Source of the DNA: Candidatus Thorarchaeota archaeon
Lineage (GTDB): Archaea > Asgardarchaeota > Thorarchaeia > Thorarchaeales > Thorarchaeaceae
Assembly: GCA_048882325.1 (NCBI GenBank)
Contig: JBHLRS010000003.1
Coordinates: 146,379-177,532 of the forward strand
Direction: 5' to 3'
DNA: 31,154 nucleotides
Part shown: one piece after another, positions 26,091-31,154 of the stretch
Numbering within the stretch: position 1 is the stretch's first letter
How the letters are laid out: each line of letters begins with the position of its first letter
Position numbers and translations under genes: made by a program
The notes under the pieces: model-generated
Databases searched by the model: none
What the model saw: the letters and a program-made list of their open reading frames with translations, nothing else
Told to the model about the DNA's origin: nothing

Positions 26091-26486
26091 TTGTCCTCAA
26101 AGACCGAAATGTTGAATGAGCTTCTACTGGACTTGAGCAGAGCTTCTCAGGGAAATGTTGAAGCAAGCGCTGTCATTTCGAAATCACAGGGCTTGACGAT
26201 TTCTACTCATTATCCAGAGGGAATTGATGAGAACTTAGTCCCTGATGAGGATGTTATTGCTGGAAGATCAACTCAGATCCAGGAAGCAACACGTAAGGTC
26301 TTCAAGCAGCTCAAAAGAGGTTCACTCATTAGGATGCTCATCGAAGGTGAAACAGGCTATGTCATCATCTGTGATGCTGGCAATGATGCCATTCTTGCAG
26401 TTCTCACAAACAAACGCGCTAACATTGGTTACATGTTTTTCATGATGACTCGTATAGCTAAACGCATTGAGAAGGTCCTTTCATAG
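26091..26486 (+). CDS. Roadblock/LC7 (MglB-like) domain protein
   Basis: VEASAVIS..GL.I, LKRGSL...LIEGETGYVII..AG..AILAVLT....IG..F pattern; TTG start after GGAGG. Confidence 0.88.
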   Translation: MSSKTEMLNELLLDLSRASQGNVEASAVISKSQGLTISTHYPEGIDENLVPDEDVIAGRSTQIQEATRKVFKQLKRGSLIRMLIEGETGYVIICDAGNDAILAVLTNKRANIGYMFFMMTRIAKRIEKVLS

Positions 26487-26545
26487 CTGGTCTTTCCGTC
26501 ACTTTTATCTGGCTAACCCGCACGAGCCAACTAGTTGGTGAAATC

Positions 26546-27478
26546 ATGGCAGATGACAAGCCCGTCGACAAAACTGAGGATGAAGAATCAGAGGACAACT
26601 GGGACAAATGGCGACGTGCTGGAGTGGTTGCAAAAGAAGCACTTAATCTAGCGCGACCAATGGTAAAACCAGGTACAAAAGTCCTAGACATCATAAACAT
26701 TGTTGAGAACTATATTCGTGAGAACTCATCGGGTACATCCTTTCCCTGCAACGTTGCATTGAACAATGTTGCTGCACATTACACATCCCCTCTCAATGAT
26801 GAAACCACCATTGAGGAGGATGACCTTGTGACAGTTGACTGTGGCGCTCATGTGGACGGATGTATTGCAGACACTGCTTTCACAATTGCCCTAAACCCAG
26901 ACCATGAAGCTCTGGTAAAAGCTGCTGTTGATGCCACTAACGTAGCCATCCAGATGATGCGCCCTGGAGCAAAGCTGAACACAATTGGTGCACTTATTGA
27001 AGACACCATTCAGTCTGCTGGATTTGAACCAATAAAGCAACTCTCGGGGCATCAACTAAAAGAATACGAACTTCACGCTGACAAACAGGTGCCTTGCGTT
27101 TCTGGAAAATCCGAAGTACTTGTGGAGGAGGGAGAAGTGTATGCCATCGAGACCTTCGCCAGCACAGGATCCGGAAACATATCTGACCAACCTAGACCCT
27201 TGATATTCCAGCTTCTTCCAGTTCGTGTACCTGTACGATTCAAAGGCACAAAACAATTCCTCGGAATTACTAGAAAGAACTACAAGGAGTTTCCATTTGC
27301 CAAGCGGTGGGTCGCTGAACAGATGTCACCAGCCTCTCTTGAGATGGCAATCAAGGAGCTCGAAAAGAATGGAGCTCTGTTTGGACACAATATTCTCTCT
27401 GAGGAAAAGGGAGAATTTGTTTCTCAATATGAACACACCATCATAATCACTGAGCGCGGTCACGAAAGGACTACTTAA
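26546..27478 (+). CDS. map: Type II methionine aminopeptidase
   Basis: FPCN, AAHYT, DCGAHVDGCIADTAFT, LSGH, AIETF, QYEHT. Confidence 0.96.
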   Translation: MADDKPVDKTEDEESEDNWDKWRRAGVVAKEALNLARPMVKPGTKVLDIINIVENYIRENSSGTSFPCNVALNNVAAHYTSPLNDETTIEEDDLVTVDCGAHVDGCIADTAFTIALNPDHEALVKAAVDATNVAIQMMRPGAKLNTIGALIEDTIQSAGFEPIKQLSGHQLKEYELHADKQVPCVSGKSEVLVEEGEVYAIETFASTGSGNISDQPRPLIFQLLPVRVPVRFKGTKQFLGITRKNYKEFPFAKRWVAEQMSPASLEMAIKELEKNGALFGHNILSEEKGEFVSQYEHTIIITERGHERTT

Positions 27479-27666
27479 TGACAAAATGTGCATGCGCAAA
27501 CAAGCATCACGATGAGTCGAAGCTCCTTTCACAGAATTCAGAAGTATTAAAAGAATATTTTTCTAAATGATTTTCTGTGGGTTTCCGGGAGACTGTCTTC
27601 AAGGCAATGATTAAGCAGTGAATACTGGCGGTTTTTTCCGGTATAAACTCGGACGGAGGAGAGGCA

Positions 27667-28635
27667 TTGGACCGTACGCGTGGCGCAAGTGATAGAAAGA
27701 GTACCGTCTCAGACGTGAGCATGGAGCCAGTCTCTTGTTCAGAGTGTGGTTCCACATCTGTTGTTGAAGACCTGTCCCGGGGGGAGCGGGTGTGCGGAGG
27801 GTGTGGATTGGTCCTTTCGGACCATAGGATAGACACTGGTGCAGAGTGGCGGGCTTTCAGTTCTGAGGAAAGCGATGCTCGTAGCAGAGTAGGTGCACCA
27901 ATTAGATACACAGTCCATGACAAGGGTCTCTCAACTGTGATTGATTGGAGAGATCGCGACACTTCAGGCAAGAAACTAAGTCCCACTCGTAGGTCTGAGA
28001 TTTACCGCCTTAGAAAGTGGCAGATTCGCTCTCGGGTTCACAGTTCAATGGACAGAAACCTGGCTCAAGCAATGTCTGAGTTAGAGCGTCTTGCATCGCA
28101 GCTGGGAATCCCAGGTCCGATCCGAGAACTTGCAGCCCTGTTGTATCGGAAATCCATAATTCAGAAGCTTGTGAGAGGTCGGTCAATCGAGGCAATGGTG
28201 GCTGCAACACTATATGCTGCATGCCGAATCAGAAAGAAACCTCGACCATTGGACGAGGTCGCTGACGCTTCTCGTGTTGACAAGAAGAAACTTGGTCAGT
28301 GCTATCGACTACTTCTCCGGAGTCTAGCCATCAAGATACCCCTCAGTAATCCGATAGACTACATTTCCCGCTTTGCATCTCAGTTGTCATTATCAAGTCC
28401 CGTTCAGCTTCGAACCGTAGAGATTCTTCAGAGGAGCAGGGACATCGGTCTCACTATTGGGAGAGACCCCCTGGGCTTAGCTGCAGCAGCCATCTATGTT
28501 GCATCCATCATGCTTGATGAACGTAGAACTCAGCGCGAGATAGCAGAGGTTGCCCGAGTCACTGAAGTCACCGTACGAAACCGCTACAAGGAGATTGTGA
28601 AGAAACTTGGTATAGACTCAATGACACTCGGATAG
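27667..28635 (+). CDS. tfb: Transcription initiation factor IIB (TFB)
   Basis: CSECG/CGGCG Zn ribbon, DTGAEWRAF, HDKGLST, two cyclin repeats, VTEVTVRNRYKE. Confidence 0.97.
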   Translation: MDRTRGASDRKSTVSDVSMEPVSCSECGSTSVVEDLSRGERVCGGCGLVLSDHRIDTGAEWRAFSSEESDARSRVGAPIRYTVHDKGLSTVIDWRDRDTSGKKLSPTRRSEIYRLRKWQIRSRVHSSMDRNLAQAMSELERLASQLGIPGPIRELAALLYRKSIIQKLVRGRSIEAMVAATLYAACRIRKKPRPLDEVADASRVDKKKLGQCYRLLLRSLAIKIPLSNPIDYISRFASQLSLSSPVQLRTVEILQRSRDIGLTIGRDPLGLAAAAIYVASIMLDERRTQREIAEVARVTEVTVRNRYKEIVKKLGIDSMTLG

Positions 28636-28701
28636 CAATATGACTCAACTAATTACTTCTGCAGACCTACTCCTATAGGACATAGAGTAGATCCGTGGTC
28701 G

Positions 28702-29046
28702 TTACCTTCTTCCCCTTGCTTGAAACGACCAGTCCACTTGGACCATTTCTTCTGGAAAACCTAGCTTGGCAAGTACATCTTGGATGACTCCTCGATGGTC
28801 TCCCTGAAGTTCAATGTGACCGTGCTTTGCAGCACCTCCACACGCAAGCTTACCCTTCAGTTTGGTTGCCAAATCTCCGAGGTCGATGTTCTTATCAAAA
28901 CCTTCTATCACCGTAGTGAGTCGACCCCATTTTCTTCGTTCAACAGTCACAGCAATTCGTGCCTCTTCCTGTGCGATTGTTTCACAGACACACAGGTCCT
29001 GAGGCAATCCGCAGTTCGGGCAAATTCCGCCTTCGTCAACACTCAC
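28702..29046 (-). CDS. sui1: Translation initiation factor aIF1 (SUI1)
   Basis: CPNCGLPQDLCVCE, LACGG, IELQGDHR. Confidence 0.95.
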   Translation of the reverse strand: MSVDEGGICPNCGLPQDLCVCETIAQEEARIAVTVERRKWGRLTTVIEGFDKNIDLGDLATKLKGKLACGGAAKHGHIELQGDHRGVIQDVLAKLGFPEEMVQVDWSFQARGRR

Positions 29047-29188
29047 TTAGTTTTTTACTCCTTAGTTTTGGCTATAATTTTGTGCCGGAGCAAGCTTTGT
29101 CCGTAGCGCCTTAAAAGTGCTATGAGTCTGTGCAAAATTGGGTTAGGCAACAGTAAAGAACCAGTCATCATATGAGCTGAGGTTGATA

Positions 29189-30784
29189 ATGTCAGGTCCA
29201 GTACTAATCATTGATGCCCTCAGTGCAGGCTCTGGACACCGAACCAGCTCCAGAGACTCCATAGGTTGCGGCCCTCGTACTGTTGCCGGGATCTTCGAAA
29301 AGCACAGCGTACGATGCTCGATCCGTCGAGTAGAAGATGTTCTTTCAAAGAAGAGCATGCTGAAGCGATTTAACCACCTCGCAGTAAGTGCAATGACAAT
29401 GGACCAAAACGCGGTTCAGATGACAGTAAAGTACTGGCGGCAGATGCGACCTAAGGGTAAGGTCCTTCTTGGTGGTCCAATTGCTGCAGACCCTACCTCT
29501 ATACTCAGACAGATTAGACCTGATGTTCTTGTGGTTGGCGAGGGCGAAGCCACGCTTGACGAGGTACTTGAGAGGGGTCTCTTAGAGGATGACATAGACC
29601 TCTCTGCCATTCAAGGGATAGGATTCCTTGAGTCTGACAAACCTCAGGTGAATCAGACTCGTGCTCTAATCACATCTCAGGAGTTCTCAGAAAAATACCA
29701 TCCATCAACTACAAGGATAATTGACTACCCAGCCTATCAGGCCTGCAAGGTCTATGTTGAGATACTTAGAGGTTGTTCGAACTTCAGGAGGACAAAACAC
29801 CCTCTTGTCAATGGTTCTCAGTGTACAGAATGTAGCAACTGTGATTCGAAAGACTCACTTACCCGAATGGATTGTCCAGAGGATATTCCTCCTGGTTGTG
29901 GTTTTTGTAGTGTACCTGGAACTTGGGGTCCCCCGAGAAGTCGTTCAGCTGCTTCTATCGTAGAAGAAGTCAAGGAACTCATAGATCTCGGAGTTCATCG
30001 AGTTGTTCTGGAAGCTCCAGGCTTTCTAGACTACATGCGTGGTAATGAACCCATGACTGATCCATGCTACCCTCCAGCGAATCTCGAAGCAATTGAAGAC
30101 CTTCTAAATCGTTTGAACTTGCAGCCTCAGGTTTCAAACGGAGATGTCCATATCGCTATTGAAAACATGAAGGCTTGTCTCTTCACAAAGGAAGTTGCTG
30201 AAACATTAAAACGATCTATGATTTCAAGTTCTCCTAACATCGGGTTGGAAACCGGGTCTGAAGACCATATGCGTCAGATTGGGAAGTGTGGAAGTCCAGA
30301 CGATGTTGTCCGGGCTGTCAAGATTGCGAAACACTATGATATGAAGCCCTTTGTCTACCTGATTTATGGTCTCCCTGGAGAAACTGCTGAATCAGTAGAG
30401 CAGTCCATTCGGATAATGCGAGAGGTTAGTGAGGCTGGTGCAGAGAGAATCATTCTCTATGGTTTTCGACCATTACCTGGCTCCGCTTTTGCAGGATATC
30501 CTGAGTCCTCTCTCAAGGATGAGCTAGGACAGGTTCTAAGAAAAGAGGCAGAGAAAATAAATCGTCAGAAGAAAGAGCAGTACATTGAGAAAGTGGTTCG
30601 TGGAATTGCTGGAGAACCATCCAAGACGCATCATGGTTTTACAATGGTCTATCCTCTTGAAGAGGGCCCTCTAATGACAGTGCCCGGAGGATTCTCAGCA
30701 GGTACACTCTTACTTATCAGAGTCACCAAAGTACTAAGTAGTGGTCTAGTTGCTGGAGAAATCGTGCATGATTCTGATTTGTGA
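29189..30784 (+). CDS. B12-binding-domain radical SAM protein with C-terminal TRAM-like region
   Basis: LGGP and GEGE in the N-terminal domain, YVEILRGC...GCGFCSVP, IGLETGS, IYGLPGET, FRPLPGS. Confidence 0.88.
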   Translation: MSGPVLIIDALSAGSGHRTSSRDSIGCGPRTVAGIFEKHSVRCSIRRVEDVLSKKSMLKRFNHLAVSAMTMDQNAVQMTVKYWRQMRPKGKVLLGGPIAADPTSILRQIRPDVLVVGEGEATLDEVLERGLLEDDIDLSAIQGIGFLESDKPQVNQTRALITSQEFSEKYHPSTTRIIDYPAYQACKVYVEILRGCSNFRRTKHPLVNGSQCTECSNCDSKDSLTRMDCPEDIPPGCGFCSVPGTWGPPRSRSAASIVEEVKELIDLGVHRVVLEAPGFLDYMRGNEPMTDPCYPPANLEAIEDLLNRLNLQPQVSNGDVHIAIENMKACLFTKEVAETLKRSMISSSPNIGLETGSEDHMRQIGKCGSPDDVVRAVKIAKHYDMKPFVYLIYGLPGETAESVEQSIRIMREVSEAGAERIILYGFRPLPGSAFAGYPESSLKDELGQVLRKEAEKINRQKKEQYIEKVVRGIAGEPSKTHHGFTMVYPLEEGPLMTVPGGFSAGTLLLIRVTKVLSSGLVAGEIVHDSDL

Positions 30785-31005
30785 ATCTTTATCACCAGCC
30801 AAACGAATTGGAAGTCCATGCAGAAAAAACAACTGCGCTAATCATCGTGGCAATCTATATTGTATTCTGCACATCCATCCTTTTACTTAGTGCATTTTTT
30901 GGTTTCCTTCCTTTATCATCAGCACTCATTATTTGGGTCTTTGTGATTCCAATGTTCCTATACCTGTTTAGCGGTGATCTCAAGAAGATAGAACCACTTG
31001 ATTGA
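30781..31005 (+). CDS. Small two-TM membrane protein
   Basis: Two hydrophobic segments; start overlaps the upstream stop (GTGA). Confidence 0.55.
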   Translation: MNLYHQPNELEVHAEKTTALIIVAIYIVFCTSILLLSAFFGFLPLSSALIIWVFVIPMFLYLFSGDLKKIEPLD

Positions 31006-31083
31006 CTAAGGGTCGAGGGCTATTTTCGGGCCCTAAGAAAAGCTTCATATTGCCTTACTCTGCGAGAGCATTAGGTGACTGGA

Positions 31084-31154
31084 ATGGTCTACGTTTGTCA
31101 TAAATGCCACAAGGAAGTTACTCCCGAAGGTCTAAAGACTCTCCCGGGTGTCAA
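31084..31154 (+). CDS. rpoP: RNA polymerase subunit Rpo12/RpoP, 3'-truncated by the window edge
   Basis: MVYVCHKCHKEVTPEGLKTLPGV; YxCxxC and LPGV pattern; AGGTGA RBS upstream. Confidence 0.75.
   Translation, partial: MVYVCHKCHKEVTPEGLKTLPGV

Overview
Core-genome window from an archaeon, most likely an Asgard archaeon of Thorarchaeia type. This is inferred from the Sec61-like SecY N-terminus, a stand-alone roadblock/LC7 protein, an HdrA-MvhD fusion and long charged protein tails. The minus strand carries the archaeal S10/spc ribosomal cluster from uL22 to uL15 and secY. Other genes include hdrABC(+mvhD)-mobA, GGGP synthase, map, tfb, aIF1/SUI1, a B12/radical-SAM/TRAM enzyme and the start of rpoP. 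Main surprise: the uL15-secY junction is split by a ~2.85 kb AT-richer, integrase-free island. It is bounded by two diverged copies of the secY upstream region plus first 26 codons (13 differences in 78 nt, 12 synonymous, with a perfect 26-bp core). The island holds two orphan Sec-signal-peptide proteins and gene debris, suggesting a secY-targeting element or cassette locus and possibly a SecY-mimic micropeptide. Also notable: a structured ~180-nt leader before the ribosomal operon, an Hsp20 gene inside the operon, a hypD pseudogene missing most of its middle, a single TFB/cyclin-repeat orphan, and a radical-SAM motif split by a ferredoxin-like insert. All family calls come from motif recognition, not database searches.
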